Below, in pieces: positions 18,624-28,097 of a stretch of DNA of 47,465 nt (position 1 is its first letter; the number at the start of each line of letters is the position of its first letter). The position numbers and the translations under genes are program-made. The stretch is from a virus (lineage: Duplodnaviria; Heunggongvirae; Uroviricota; Caudoviricetes), in the IMG/VR virus record IMGVR_UViG_3300034196_000151; one strand, 5' to 3'. The notes beneath the pieces are model-generated. The model saw only the letters and a program-made list of their open reading frames with translations, did not search any database and was not told where the DNA came from.

Positions 18624-18983
18624 TTACAGGTGACGGTAGCTCAACAGTCTGCGAGCTTCTTGACGCAAGCTTTCGATTTGTTCCAACATCTTTTCTTCTG
18701 TGCCGGGAATCTCACGGTTCATGTCTTTGAAGTCATTGGTTTGCATATGAAGCTGAATGCGGCCAATTCTATCAAAGATTCGCTCAATTTTTTGTTGATT
18801 TTTTGTATGAAACTCTATCCGTTTCACCTTGTCAACAATGCGATCAGCAGTCAGGTGCATGCTGTCAAATTGATGAGAGATCGGAGCATAACGATCTGGC
18901 TGTGGGTATTCTTGTGGTCGTGCAGAACCATTATCAGCACCCAGCAAACGAGCAACGAAACCACCAAAGGCGAGAAAACTCAT
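18624..18983 (-). CDS. Hypothetical protein (119 aa)
   Basis: SD GAGGA; terminator downstream. Confidence 0.6.
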   Translation of the reverse strand: MSFLAFGGFVARLLGADNGSARPQEYPQPDRYAPISHQFDSMHLTADRIVDKVKRIEFHTKNQQKIERIFDRIGRIQLHMQTNDFKDMNREIPGTEEKMLEQIESLRQEARRLLSYRHL

Positions 18984-19014
18984 CAGTTAAATCCTCAGTA
19001 GAAACCAGTCTGGT

Positions 19015-19350
19015 TTAAATTTTATTGACTTGTTCAATGATATAATCGAGTTCGTCACGAAGCTTTTGAGCAAACTCAGGATTTTGACGAACCATCTCAG
19101 GATATTCAGGCAAGGCCATAATGCCGTTGATATGGTCGATACTTCCACGATACGTTTTCAACATGTCGAGTTTAGCATTTTTAATGTAAGTAATCGAGTC
19201 GCTAATGTCACCAATAGAAGCTCGAACGTCAACAAAATTTTCTTGAACCTGTTTCAAATCTTGATGAATTTTAGAATCTTCGACAACAGCAGTCACCGTC
19301 TTTTTAGAAAAGATGGTTTTTAAAAAGGCTGTCACTGTCTCTTTGTTCAT
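19015..19350 (-). CDS. Hypothetical helical protein (111 aa)
   Basis: Start MNKETV after SD AGGGG. Confidence 0.6.
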   Translation of the reverse strand: MNKETVTAFLKTIFSKKTVTAVVEDSKIHQDLKQVQENFVDVRASIGDISDSITYIKNAKLDMLKTYRGSIDHINGIMALPEYPEMVRQNPEFAQKLRDELDYIIEQVNKI

Positions 19351-19457
19351 CGTAAATCCCCTTTTTGATGAGGCTATTATAACACTTAATGAAATAAAGG
19401 ACAATAAAAAACCCAACACTAGGCTGGGTTTTTATGATGAAAATTGAATTACTTCAT

Positions 19458-19757
19458 TCAAATCTCAACTTCTTGATTTGGAACGTATTGATTTTGGGTG
19501 CCGTCACACAAGGCCACGGTGCCATTTTTTGTGAAAACAGGGGCGAAATAGGTATTGTGAACATACTCAGCCGAGTAATACCAAACGCCATTCAGGCAGC
19601 GAGTTGGGAGAGTCCTTTCGCTGAACAGATAACCTTGGCCGCTATCGCCTGTAATAACGTGATAAGTAGATCCATCAGCCGATTTAACCGAATTTTCACA
19701 GCCGGATATTTGCGTAATCGCCATGAAACCAATGGCAATGGTGAGCAATTGTTTCAT
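19458..19757 (-). CDS. Putative lipoprotein (99 aa)
   Basis: MKQLL signal peptide with ISGC lipobox; CLNGVWYY...APVFTKNGTVALC. Confidence 0.65.
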   Translation of the reverse strand: MKQLLTIAIGFMAITQISGCENSVKSADGSTYHVITGDSGQGYLFSERTLPTRCLNGVWYYSAEYVHNTYFAPVFTKNGTVALCDGTQNQYVPNQEVEI

Positions 19758-19823
19758 AGTTAGTTCTTTATCAAGCCACATCGTAAATACTCCAACAAAT
19801 GAATAAAAAGTTGAAAGCCGCAG

Positions 19824-20063
19824 TTAAGCGGCCAGAGTCGAAACCATATTATGCAGCGGATGGTCTTCGTCAATCATTTGAGTTTCGGAGTAGAAGCGGG
19901 CACGCTGTTCAACCATCTGCTCTGCTGGGTATTGACGGATGCCTTCACGAACCATAACTTCAACCAAAGTGGCATCACTGATAGCCGGTTCGGAAGTGGT
20001 CAGCAAAACAGCAGCGAGCTTGTATTGTTTATCGGTCAAGTGCAGGGTGTTTTGAGTGTGCAT
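19824..20063 (-). CDS. Hypothetical protein (79 aa)
   Basis: Start MHTQNT after SD AAGGA. Confidence 0.55.
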   Translation of the reverse strand: MHTQNTLHLTDKQYKLAAVLLTTSEPAISDATLVEVMVREGIRQYPAEQMVEQRARFYSETQMIDEDHPLHNMVSTLAA

Positions 20064-20132
20064 TTTGTAATCCTTGGCGTGTTTGGTTGATGGGTCTATT
20101 ATACCGCGATAACAGACCAAAAACAAGCTTTT

Positions 20133-20417
20133 TCAGCCCCAGTTTTCGATTTGACGAATGTAAACATGCAGGGGCATACATTCCAGTTTAATTTCTTTAC
20201 CATGATCTTCTTTGATAATTTTGGAAATTTTAATTGCCTCGGCACCAGCATATTCAGCAGTGCTGAAAATACGAATGGATGCTGCTTTTTCGTTCTGTTC
20301 GAAACTCACGACAGCAACGTCATTAAAACTATCACTGATCGAGTGGGCAGCACCAAAACCAGACCAGACAGTAAAACCCAACACTTTGGTAGCATCTTCA
20401 CGGATCAAAATATACAT
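20133..20417 (-). CDS. Hypothetical protein (94 aa)
   Basis: SD AAGGGG; promoter upstream. Confidence 0.6.
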   Translation of the reverse strand: MYILIREDATKVLGFTVWSGFGAAHSISDSFNDVAVVSFEQNEKAASIRIFSTAEYAGAEAIKISKIIKEDHGKEIKLECMPLHVYIRQIENWG

Positions 20418-20491
20418 GAACTGATTCCCCTTAAATAATGAAGGCCCATTATATCGCTATAATAGGCCCAAAACAAGCTTTTTCGATGGGT

Positions 20492-20959
20492 TTAGTCAGC
20501 CAATCGAAGGTAAGCGATGTTGGCAACCACAAAAATTTCATCCGGGGTCAATTGCACCCGACCATCAGGCATACGGACTGTGTTTTTAGTCAAGTAGTCT
20601 TCGATTTCGTAAGGCTTAACATTAAAACCACGAACGTCATTACCACCCGCTACGATGCGGTCAGTCGCCACAAACGTTACTACGGTGCAGGAGTCACGCA
20701 AATCAGCTTCGTTGAACTTAGCCGAAGGCAACTCAGGGATGTTTTTCAGAGCAGTAGCCAGAGCTTCCAGTTGCTGATCGGTACCACCCATCAAAACCAC
20801 TTCAGTTTCGGATTGGCTCCATGCCTCAAGCAGTGCCTGAGCTTCTGGAGACATTTTCGATTTGGTTGCCCACAGGCGGTTCAAGCCATGAAAACCTTGT
20901 GGCAGGCGATTGCTACCACCAATGTGCTTGTTAAAAATGGTATAACGCTTTGGAATCAT
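20492..20959 (-). CDS. Peptidyl-tRNA hydrolase type 2 (Pth2)-like protein
   Basis: YTIFNKHIGG..PQGFH, W...VVLMGG, KFNEADL...TVVTF follow the layout of phage-type Pth2-like proteins; activity unproven. Confidence 0.65.
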   Translation of the reverse strand: MIPKRYTIFNKHIGGSNRLPQGFHGLNRLWATKSKMSPEAQALLEAWSQSETEVVLMGGTDQQLEALATALKNIPELPSAKFNEADLRDSCTVVTFVATDRIVAGGNDVRGFNVKPYEIEDYLTKNTVRMPDGRVQLTPDEIFVVANIAYLRLAD

Positions 20960-21032
20960 GTGTAAATATCCTTTGATTGAATGGGACTATGATATCATAA
21001 ATCCCAAAATAATGTCTATTTTTTTGTGAAAA

Positions 21033-21494
21033 TCAAGAATTGTAGAATTCAAGTTTTCCGTGAACATTGTCGAAACCGTTGACATAACCATTTTTTACAA
21101 AACGATTAGCCTCAAATTCAGTTTTGAATCGACGGCCATAGCTGTGATTGTCACGGCCATGATACAAAACAACCCAAGGAATTGCTTGCATATCAATATT
21201 TTTGCAAATGTCACTATCAAAGATCGCGTCATCGCAGTGAAAAACAAAAACAGGCAGGTAGCTCAAACCATCTTTGGCAACAAAGCTGATAGTCGAAAAC
21301 TGACAATGCTTGAACAACCGCCCATGTGATTCATCAGGGATTTGGATATAACCAACCAGATTATCAAGGAAACCAGCAAACACATCAGCTTCCATTGGGT
21401 TCAATTTAACCGAACTGGCTGGAATCAACGATTGTGGAATTTTCAAGTCGGTGACAAGAAAATCAAGGTCAACAGGTGAGATAGGCTTAGCCAT
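21033..21494 (-). CDS. Hypothetical protein (153 aa)
   Basis: SD AGGT; no recognised motif. Confidence 0.65.
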   Translation of the reverse strand: MAKPISPVDLDFLVTDLKIPQSLIPASSVKLNPMEADVFAGFLDNLVGYIQIPDESHGRLFKHCQFSTISFVAKDGLSYLPVFVFHCDDAIFDSDICKNIDMQAIPWVVLYHGRDNHSYGRRFKTEFEANRFVKNGYVNGFDNVHGKLEFYNS

Positions 21495-21632
21495 GATAAA
21501 TTACCTAGATGATTGCGGTTTGATAAATGTATTTTATCATAACACGGTGAAAAATGTCTAGCATTTATTAACTTTTTAAAGAATAGTTAATGTGAAAAAA
21601 CCCGCCGAAGCGGGTCTTTGTGGACTGGTCTA

Positions 21633-22268
21633 TTATTGCTTGGACTTGATAACTTTCACCAAGTCGCTGGTGAAACCTTGAATGTTCGCACCATGAACGT
21701 AGTTATCAAACTTCAACGAACTTACCAGTCCAGATTCTGCAAGAACAACATGGTATTCCGCTACAATGGCTTTCTGCAATTCTGGCGATTGGTCGTAGGT
21801 GTAATACACAGAATGTTTGTGAATTTCACGATTGATATGGGTCAACTTGAAATTTTTGTAAACTTTTTCAAGGATTTGAATTTCGTCATAGCTCATGTGT
21901 TTAGTGCCGATGACGATGGCCCGATCCATTTGACTTTCTGGAACACCCGCCAACTGAACATCCAGTGCTTCACGCAGATCACCAATTTCTTCATCGAGAA
22001 TATCGTTTCGTTCGACAATCAGCGAATTGCTATCCGAAATCATTTCATGCAGTTGGGCAAGGTCAGCGACTACGCGAGCAGCAATCACGCTGAAATCTTC
22101 TGGCAGTTTTTCTTTGAGTTCGTTGATAGCTTCAATGATGTAAGCCGTATCCATGAACTGAGCGTCATCACCACACAAGCTCAACGTTGGCAACACCGCT
22201 TGTTTTTGATCATTCAACTGATTGACGGAAGTTTCGTAGGTAGAAATGATGTCAATTACAGAATTCAT
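21633..22268 (-). CDS. Hypothetical protein with coiled coil (211 aa)
   Basis: Start MNSVID downstream of a TATAAT promoter; UUCG terminator. Confidence 0.65.
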   Translation of the reverse strand: MNSVIDIISTYETSVNQLNDQKQAVLPTLSLCGDDAQFMDTAYIIEAINELKEKLPEDFSVIAARVVADLAQLHEMISDSNSLIVERNDILDEEIGDLREALDVQLAGVPESQMDRAIVIGTKHMSYDEIQILEKVYKNFKLTHINREIHKHSVYYTYDQSPELQKAIVAEYHVVLAESGLVSSLKFDNYVHGANIQGFTSDLVKVIKSKQ

Positions 22269-22428
22269 GGCGTAAATCTCATTGGTTTCGATGGAATGAT
22301 TATACCAAAAACGAGTTTTTATGTCAAACAATTAATAATAGATGAGTTAGATAGTTTGAGTTAAATGTTTTTTTTGACTTTTCTAGTATTATGATATACT
22401 GAATCAATACAATTATAAAAATAATAAC

Positions 22429-22791
22429 ATGATAAAATATCTATTATGCCTTACAACACTTTGTTTTATGGGCATCGCACAAGCTGAGTACTCAGTTATT
22501 TACAATAAATTAGAAAAGAATTCTATATCGTTCAAGGCAGGAGCGGGTACACCACCAGTCGAGCCATCAAACCCAACATGTGATGACGACACAGTAAGAT
22601 CTTTATGGACTTCTGGATCGGATTCTTATCGAACTCACACTATCCAATGGAATAATGAAATTATTACTACGGGTGGAAACTACACAATGAATGAATACAC
22701 AGCGGGTGGTTATCATTATACAAAAGGTGATGTTGTTGCAGTTGACCCAATTTACAAACAATATAAAGTCTGTCGTGTCGCAGTAAATTAA
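22429..22791 (+). CDS. Secreted hypothetical protein (120 aa)
   Basis: Signal peptide ending IAQA/EYSV; AT-rich; opposite strand; bidirectional terminator at ~22797-22821. Confidence 0.7.
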   Translation: MIKYLLCLTTLCFMGIAQAEYSVIYNKLEKNSISFKAGAGTPPVEPSNPTCDDDTVRSLWTSGSDSYRTHTIQWNNEIITTGGNYTMNEYTAGGYHYTKGDVVAVDPIYKQYKVCRVAVN

Positions 22792-22864
22792 TAACAAAAA
22801 AAGCAGCCTAGGCTGCTTTTTGTTTACATGAGATTTGTGTAAACCTTTTAACTAGGTCAACAGA

Positions 22865-23056
22865 TTATTCCGAAGGAACACAATGCGAAGGCCACTGTTC
22901 GTTCACTTGTTGAATATCTGCAGTTGGGTGATCGTCTTTACTCACCATACTCAACCGAAGCTGACCTGTTTCATCCACTTGATAGTGGAACATATCAAGA
23001 AACGAGATGTTTTTTTCGCTGAGTTTAATCGCTTCTAATGATTTCAACATAATCAA
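22865..23056 (-). CDS. Small hypothetical protein (63 aa)
   Basis: SD AAGGT; co-oriented with neighbours. Confidence 0.5.
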   Translation of the reverse strand: MIMLKSLEAIKLSEKNISFLDMFHYQVDETGQLRLSMVSKDDHPTADIQQVNEQWPSHCVPSE

Positions 23057-23070
23057 GACCTTCTTTTCAA

Positions 23071-23364
23071 TTAACCGATTTTTTTAAGACCAAACCCGCC
23101 ACCAGTGACATAAATCCCCATATCCATGAATGACATGCAATGAGGATGTTTCACAATGCAATCAACTGAAAACCGTTTATTGTCATCTGTAATCCAAGAC
23201 ACTTGATAACGAATGTCATCAGGTTTTGCATGCGGATTAACGATTTTAACAATTGCATCACTTTCAAGGTCAACGCCTTTGATGGCTTTCGCCAACATCT
23301 GCCCTTTCGCATACTGCAGCAATGCGACTTCAAGATCGGCTGAAATGGTTGGGGTATTGGACAT
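23071..23364 (-). CDS. Hypothetical protein (97 aa)
   Basis: Start MSNTPT downstream of a TATAAT promoter. Confidence 0.55.
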   Translation of the reverse strand: MSNTPTISADLEVALLQYAKGQMLAKAIKGVDLESDAIVKIVNPHAKPDDIRYQVSWITDDNKRFSVDCIVKHPHCMSFMDMGIYVTGGGFGLKKIG

Positions 23365-23452
23365 AATGATTGACCTGAATGCGTTTAGATGGCCTATTAT
23401 AACAAACAAAGTAAACAAAAGACAGTTTTTTGTTCACTTTGATAGGCGATTT

Positions 23453-23746
23453 TCAGATGTTGATAAGCTTGATTTCGGCATCATATTCAGCAATTTGCTT
23501 CTTGAAAATATCGGTGTGAAGGCTGTCTTCAATGAAAGACGGACAGGCAAAACCTTCGCAAGACGGGCCTTGACTTCGCCCGTTGACATTAACTTCTTTC
23601 GGACACTTGCTCGACTTCATCCAGTTGTTGCAGTTACCACAACGAGGCTTCGCACGCTGAATAGCATGGGAACGCTTGGACTTCAAGTCAACCAACCGGC
23701 TGGCGGTGGTCATGGCGTTAATGAAACCATCAAGTTCTTTCATCAT
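23453..23746 (-). CDS. Cys-rich putative Zn-binding protein (97 aa)
   Basis: CGNC...C...C...C arrangement; SD GAGG. Confidence 0.6.
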   Translation of the reverse strand: MMKELDGFINAMTTASRLVDLKSKRSHAIQRAKPRCGNCNNWMKSSKCPKEVNVNGRSQGPSCEGFACPSFIEDSLHTDIFKKQIAEYDAEIKLINI

Positions 23747-23810
23747 GGCGGTAATGCCTCGTTATGTTTGATGGCTCATTATAAAACAAAAAACAGATTA
23801 ATACAACCAT

Positions 23811-24287
23811 TCAAATGTTGGTTATCCTTGAAGTGTTACGTGATATACAATCAACATAGCGAGCAAACCAAGGCCGCGTTGAAAGCTCAGGATCTATCGA
23901 GAAAGGGTATCGTGTGTAAGTGATGAAAGACTTCGCCAGAACCGTTTTATCAGCTCGTCCGGTCTTCAATGCAAATCGACTGGCAAATGCCTCAGATTCA
24001 AGGAGTTTGTGAAAGTCTTGATCAACATCATAGATGACGCCTTTAACACTGTCAGGTTTTAAATCAAAAAATGTGTGGTAATTGACAATTTTATTATGAA
24101 TATGATGGCCGACTTCATGAAACAACACACTTTCAAACTCTGGATTAAAGGGGCTTATTTGGATAAAGTTGTGGATGTAGTTGTATTCACCAAAGTTTAA
24201 GCCACAGAAAGGCTTATACCGCAAACGATACTTTCGGCAAATAGCTTTGACCAGAATAAAGTTTTTGATGGCTTGAACAATAGTCAT
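23811..24287 (-). CDS. HEXXH zinc metallopeptidase-like protein
   Basis: VLFHEVGH motif with downstream ESEAFA (ImmA/IrrE-like spacing). Confidence 0.65.
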   Translation of the reverse strand: MTIVQAIKNFILVKAICRKYRLRYKPFCGLNFGEYNYIHNFIQISPFNPEFESVLFHEVGHHIHNKIVNYHTFFDLKPDSVKGVIYDVDQDFHKLLESEAFASRFALKTGRADKTVLAKSFITYTRYPFSIDPELSTRPWFARYVDCISRNTSRITNI

Positions 24288-24391
24288 GAACACCTCGACT
24301 AACAAGCCTCAATGATAACACAACGGTCAAAAAGTATCTATGACAGAAACAAAAAAGCCTGAAATCAATCAGGCTCGGTCAGCAATAATGG

Positions 24392-24622
24392 TTAGGCTAC
24401 TGGAATGAGTTTGGGTGTTTCATGAAAATTTGACATTGGTTTAAATTCAAACCATACGGATGGTTCATCAAACCAGAAGCTGTGTGGATCAGACAGACAG
24501 AATTCAAAATCAAACGGGTGCCTGTTGTCGTCCATTCGATCAAAAAGTTCCTGAACGTTTTTTACGCCGATACATCCGCTGATAGCTTTGTCTTTTCTGT
24601 TGCGAATGATATAAGTATTCAT
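24392..24622 (-). CDS. Hypothetical protein (76 aa), paralog of the N-domain of 24634-25062
   Basis: MxTYxxRxRKD...LFDxxD...P..xEx...W shared. Confidence 0.6.
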   Translation of the reverse strand: MNTYIIRNRKDKAISGCIGVKNVQELFDRMDDNRHPFDFEFCLSDPHSFWFDEPSVWFEFKPMSNFHETPKLIPVA

Positions 24623-24633
24623 TTTCACTTTCC

Positions 24634-25062
24634 TTATCGTGTCGCTTCAAGAATGTAACGAACATAGTCATAAAGGTCTTTATCAAGCAAGATAAGCTTG
24701 TCTATATCGACCAGAATACGTTCAATCGCTTCCGCCAAATAGCCTTTGGCTAAGTCTTGGCGAGCCATCACAAAGCAGGTGTAATCATCGAACATCGGAT
24801 CGGCCAACTGCCTTTGCAGTGAAAGTGTAAACTCTTTCATCAAGCACACAGCGGGTTCCAACGTATACGAATCATCATCTTTAAACGTCAGCCAGACGTG
24901 CTTGTCTTCAAACCAATGAGTCGATTCACCAACTTTGGAATATTCAATCAATGTGGGTTCTGTGTCTTCATCAATTTTATCGAATAAAGTTTTATCTGAA
25001 TCCGCCATCACCACGCCCAAAACAATGTGATCTTTACGGGTGCGGCAAACATAAGTGGTCAT
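24634..25062 (-). CDS. Hypothetical protein (142 aa)
   Basis: SD GAGG; N-domain similar to the downstream gene. Confidence 0.65.
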   Translation of the reverse strand: MTTYVCRTRKDHIVLGVVMADSDKTLFDKIDEDTEPTLIEYSKVGESTHWFEDKHVWLTFKDDDSYTLEPAVCLMKEFTLSLQRQLADPMFDDYTCFVMARQDLAKGYLAEAIERILVDIDKLILLDKDLYDYVRYILEATR

Positions 25063-25131
25063 GACAAAGCCTCTTCGATATTGTTATCAACAGGTTGATT
25101 ATAACAAAATTCAATTAAAATGACAACAACT

Positions 25132-25185
25132 TGTATGCCTATAGGCTAACAAAAAATAGATTTCTGTATGCCTACAGGCTAACAA
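25132..25185. repeat. 21-bp tandem direct repeat with palindromic core
   Basis: TGTATGCCTA(T/C)AGGCTAACAA at 25132-25152 and 25165-25185. Confidence 0.75.
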
Positions 25186-25187
25186 GA

Positions 25188-25586
25188 TTACAGCGATTTC
25201 ACTTGACCATCATGATCTTTATAACGACCAAGGCGGGATTCAAAACCTGAAATGAATTGGGTATTTTTACGATGATTGTAGGTGGATTTCAACGATTCAT
25301 CAAAAATATCATCCACGCTTTTTTTGTTGGCATACATCTTGATCATTTTTGCCACAACTTCGGCGTCATCAAGATATTCTTCACGCAAACTGAAATAGAC
25401 AGCCGCACCAAAATGGCCGTTAAACTCAAGTTCTTCGGCATGAGTGACACCTTTCAAAATCGAATCGAGGTCAAAATAACTGCTAGCATCTTGCTCCCGT
25501 TCATCACGTTTTTCAAGGGCAATGAACTGCTTATGAGTAAGCTCCACTCGGTAGCTAACGCAAGTCACTTCGGCTAATTTTTTCAT
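25188..25586 (-). CDS. Hypothetical protein (132 aa)
   Basis: SD AGGTG; promoter upstream. Confidence 0.65.
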   Translation of the reverse strand: MKKLAEVTCVSYRVELTHKQFIALEKRDEREQDASSYFDLDSILKGVTHAEELEFNGHFGAAVYFSLREEYLDDAEVVAKMIKMYANKKSVDDIFDESLKSTYNHRKNTQFISGFESRLGRYKDHDGQVKSL

Positions 25587-25684
25587 GGTATCACCTATAT
25601 GTTTGATGACTAATTATACTATAATTTTAAATATTAAACAACAAAAAAGCCACCGAATTGACCTTTTTTGCACTACTGAGAATG

Positions 25685-26068
25685 TTATGGGACTTGAATA
25701 ATCACAACGTCCATTTTTTGAGCCAACGCTTTCTTAATAATACGATCATAACGGGAATAATTACCAGTATGCAGCACCAGAAGAACGTTATTACAGGCCC
25801 AGCGTTTTGCTCTCTCAAAAATCAGGCTCATCGGAGAAATGGGGAAAGAGAAAAATTTTCGTTTAGGTACATTAATACTGGCGTCGAAAACAACAAGATC
25901 TTGATGGTTAGCAAAAAGATGAGCTTGACGCTCGACAGAAGTCAAAATATCCTTTTCAGACCCAACGCAAATTGAAGTCACATCATGTTCCATTGAAACT
26001 CGTTTGATAACTTGATAAGTCATGTCTACATCATTACATTCATGCCCAACAACAATAAGATTTTTCAT
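25685..26068 (-). CDS. Degenerate SLOG (YspA/DUF2493-like) protein
   Basis: MKNLIVVG..., ICVG, closing LVLHTG...IIKKALAQKMDVVIIQV follows SLOG strand/helix order; Gly motifs eroded. Confidence 0.45.
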   Translation of the reverse strand: MKNLIVVGHECNDVDMTYQVIKRVSMEHDVTSICVGSEKDILTSVERQAHLFANHQDLVVFDASINVPKRKFFSFPISPMSLIFERAKRWACNNVLLVLHTGNYSRYDRIIKKALAQKMDVVIIQVP

Positions 26069-26165
26069 GATGTGCTTCCTGATTTGATGTGTTAATTATA
26101 CTATAAAACAAGAAATTTATCAATAAAAAGGCCACCGAAGTGGCCTTTTCAATTAACGTTATACA

Positions 26166-26606
26166 TCATTTTTTAGTAACGTTCAAGCTATCAAGGTAAG
26201 CTTGCCGATGTTCAAACTCGACCAGAATATAGTGAGATTTCACAATCATTTGACGGCGTTCTTTATAATCTTCAACACCGTGAACTTCTTTAATGTGCTG
26301 CATTGCCATACTGTGTTGTTGATGTTCGTCCATCACTTTGTTTTTTGAAGACAAACCAAAGCTTTGCTTGCAGACAGAACAAGAAGCCGCTTGATACACT
26401 TGCTCAAAGTGCGGGCCAACCAAGTCTTGTTTTTTACGCATCCGCCGAAGGAGTTCCTGAGCACTGGAATCACCATTGCATTGGGAATAATAAGGCGACA
26501 TCATGCCCATGACGCTCTCCAGCTCATTGAGCAAATCATCAACTTCATCATTCGTCCAAAACTGCTTTGTTTCCTGAACGATTTGTTCTTGGTTGACTTC
26601 GGACAT
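26166..26606 (-). CDS. Hypothetical protein with CxxC...HxxxxH (C2H2-like) segment
   Basis: CSVC...HIKEVH. Confidence 0.6.
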   Translation of the reverse strand: MSEVNQEQIVQETKQFWTNDEVDDLLNELESVMGMMSPYYSQCNGDSSAQELLRRMRKKQDLVGPHFEQVYQAASCSVCKQSFGLSSKNKVMDEHQQHSMAMQHIKEVHGVEDYKERRQMIVKSHYILVEFEHRQAYLDSLNVTKK

Positions 26607-26679
26607 GACCTACACCCTATTCGTTTGTGATGAAGCATTATACCATAGGTTGAGCCAAACAAAAACAAGTTTTTTGAAA

Positions 26680-26982
26680 TCAAACGATAAAACCACCCAG
26701 TTGATAGAGACGTTTTCTGAATTCTTTATCAGTCGTTTTGCTGAAAAAACCAAGCTGTTGTTTTCTGATGGTGGATTGAGCCGTCATGTAATGGTGATAG
26801 GGTTCAAACCGGCAAGGTTCCAGAGGCCCAACAAAATGGATAGTATGAGGCCACTTCGTCTTATAGGGAGCTTTGATCAATTCATAATCGACCCTTGAAA
26901 AATGAATAGGCACATAAAGAACCAACAATATTGAACCGCCAAAAACAAACAGTAAAAACAGAACGGTTACAATGTTTTGCAT
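26680..26982 (-). CDS. Membrane-anchored hypothetical protein (100 aa)
   Basis: N-terminal TM; FVGPLEPC motif shared with 27712-28038. Confidence 0.65.
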   Translation of the reverse strand: MQNIVTVLFLLFVFGGSILLVLYVPIHFSRVDYELIKAPYKTKWPHTIHFVGPLEPCRFEPYHHYMTAQSTIRKQQLGFFSKTTDKEFRKRLYQLGGFIV

Positions 26983-27075
26983 GGTGATTTCTCCAAGATT
27001 TTATAGATTTTATCACAATCCTAAAATAAACTCAACAAAAAAGCCCCATCTGGGGCTTTTTTAAGAAACAAAACA

Positions 27076-27411
27076 TTAAGCAGGCATATGGTCTTCTTCA
27101 TTAACTTGAAGGGCCGCAATTTGTGCTTTCAAACGTTCGATTTCATCGACCAGTCCAACAACAACTTCAAGGGAATAAGTCGGAAGGACATTTCGGGGTT
27201 CACCATATTCGTGGCAACTACCTGTAACACGACCAAAATCACGACGAGTATAGCGATTGACACCCGATTCATCTTCAAAGCATTCAGCGTCTTGACCTTT
27301 GTTATGAACCTTTACAAAACGAACCAAACCACCACCCTGAGTGTGGTAGAAGTTACCCAGCACATAAGGAACCGGCTGGATGTTGTTCAGGACTTTATTA
27401 ACATCGACCAT
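27076..27411 (-). CDS. Hypothetical protein (111 aa)
   Basis: ORF with SD GAGAG and terminator. Confidence 0.6.
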   Translation of the reverse strand: MVDVNKVLNNIQPVPYVLGNFYHTQGGGLVRFVKVHNKGQDAECFEDESGVNRYTRRDFGRVTGSCHEYGEPRNVLPTYSLEVVVGLVDEIERLKAQIAALQVNEEDHMPA

Positions 27412-27467
27412 GATTGATTACTCTCGTTAATTTGATAAACCATGATATCATGACTGAATGGTGTTTT

Positions 27468-27719
27468 TCAATCTTTTTTTCGATATCCTTGCGAATCTGA
27501 TCCCGGTTGGCCCCACGTTGGACAATGTTTGGCATTAAAGCTATCAAATTGACTCATAGGTAGCCATTTTGTTTTTTGTCCACAACGATCACAGGTGTAG
27601 CAAAAATAACTTTTCCGATAACGGGAATATTTACCAGACAAAATGGACTTGGACTGATAAGAGGGGCGATAGAAATGCCCCCTAATCATGCAAATGAGAG
27701 CCTTAATAAGCTTAGACAT
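27468..27719 (-). CDS. Putative Zn-ribbon protein (83 aa)
   Basis: C...H...CYTCDRC; start overlaps the upstream stop. Confidence 0.55.
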   Translation of the reverse strand: MSKLIKALICMIRGHFYRPSYQSKSILSGKYSRYRKSYFCYTCDRCGQKTKWLPMSQFDSFNAKHCPTWGQPGSDSQGYRKKD

Positions 27720-28038
27720 GGAAATATCCAAACTTATTCAACCAAGCATTCATTTCGGCTGTATTGAACTCAGCACCAAACCATTTGATGTCTTCATTTC
27801 TGATTTTTGAAGACGCAATGGTAAAGGAACCTGCTGGACTTTCTGAGTAGAAGAAATAGCAAGGCTCTAATGGGCCTACAAAGTCTTCCCGAGTTGTCCA
27901 ATGAGGTTCTTTGGGATAAGGTGTGCCATCCGCTTGCAAACGCTCGACCGGGCCACGCAGCATAGCCCACGTCATAAAAGCGAACAAAGCTAAGATAAGC
28001 AAGCCCACAACAGTAACAAAAATTTCATTGTTCGACAT
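27712..28038 (-). CDS. Membrane-anchored hypothetical protein (108 aa)
   Basis: N-terminal TM; FVGPLEPC motif. Confidence 0.65.
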   Translation of the reverse strand: MSNNEIFVTVVGLLILALFAFMTWAMLRGPVERLQADGTPYPKEPHWTTREDFVGPLEPCYFFYSESPAGSFTIASSKIRNEDIKWFGAEFNTAEMNAWLNKFGYFHV

Positions 28039-28097
28039 GCTTTTTAGCTCCTATTTTAGACAATCTTGCTAAACAACAAATGCCCCGAAGGGCACTG

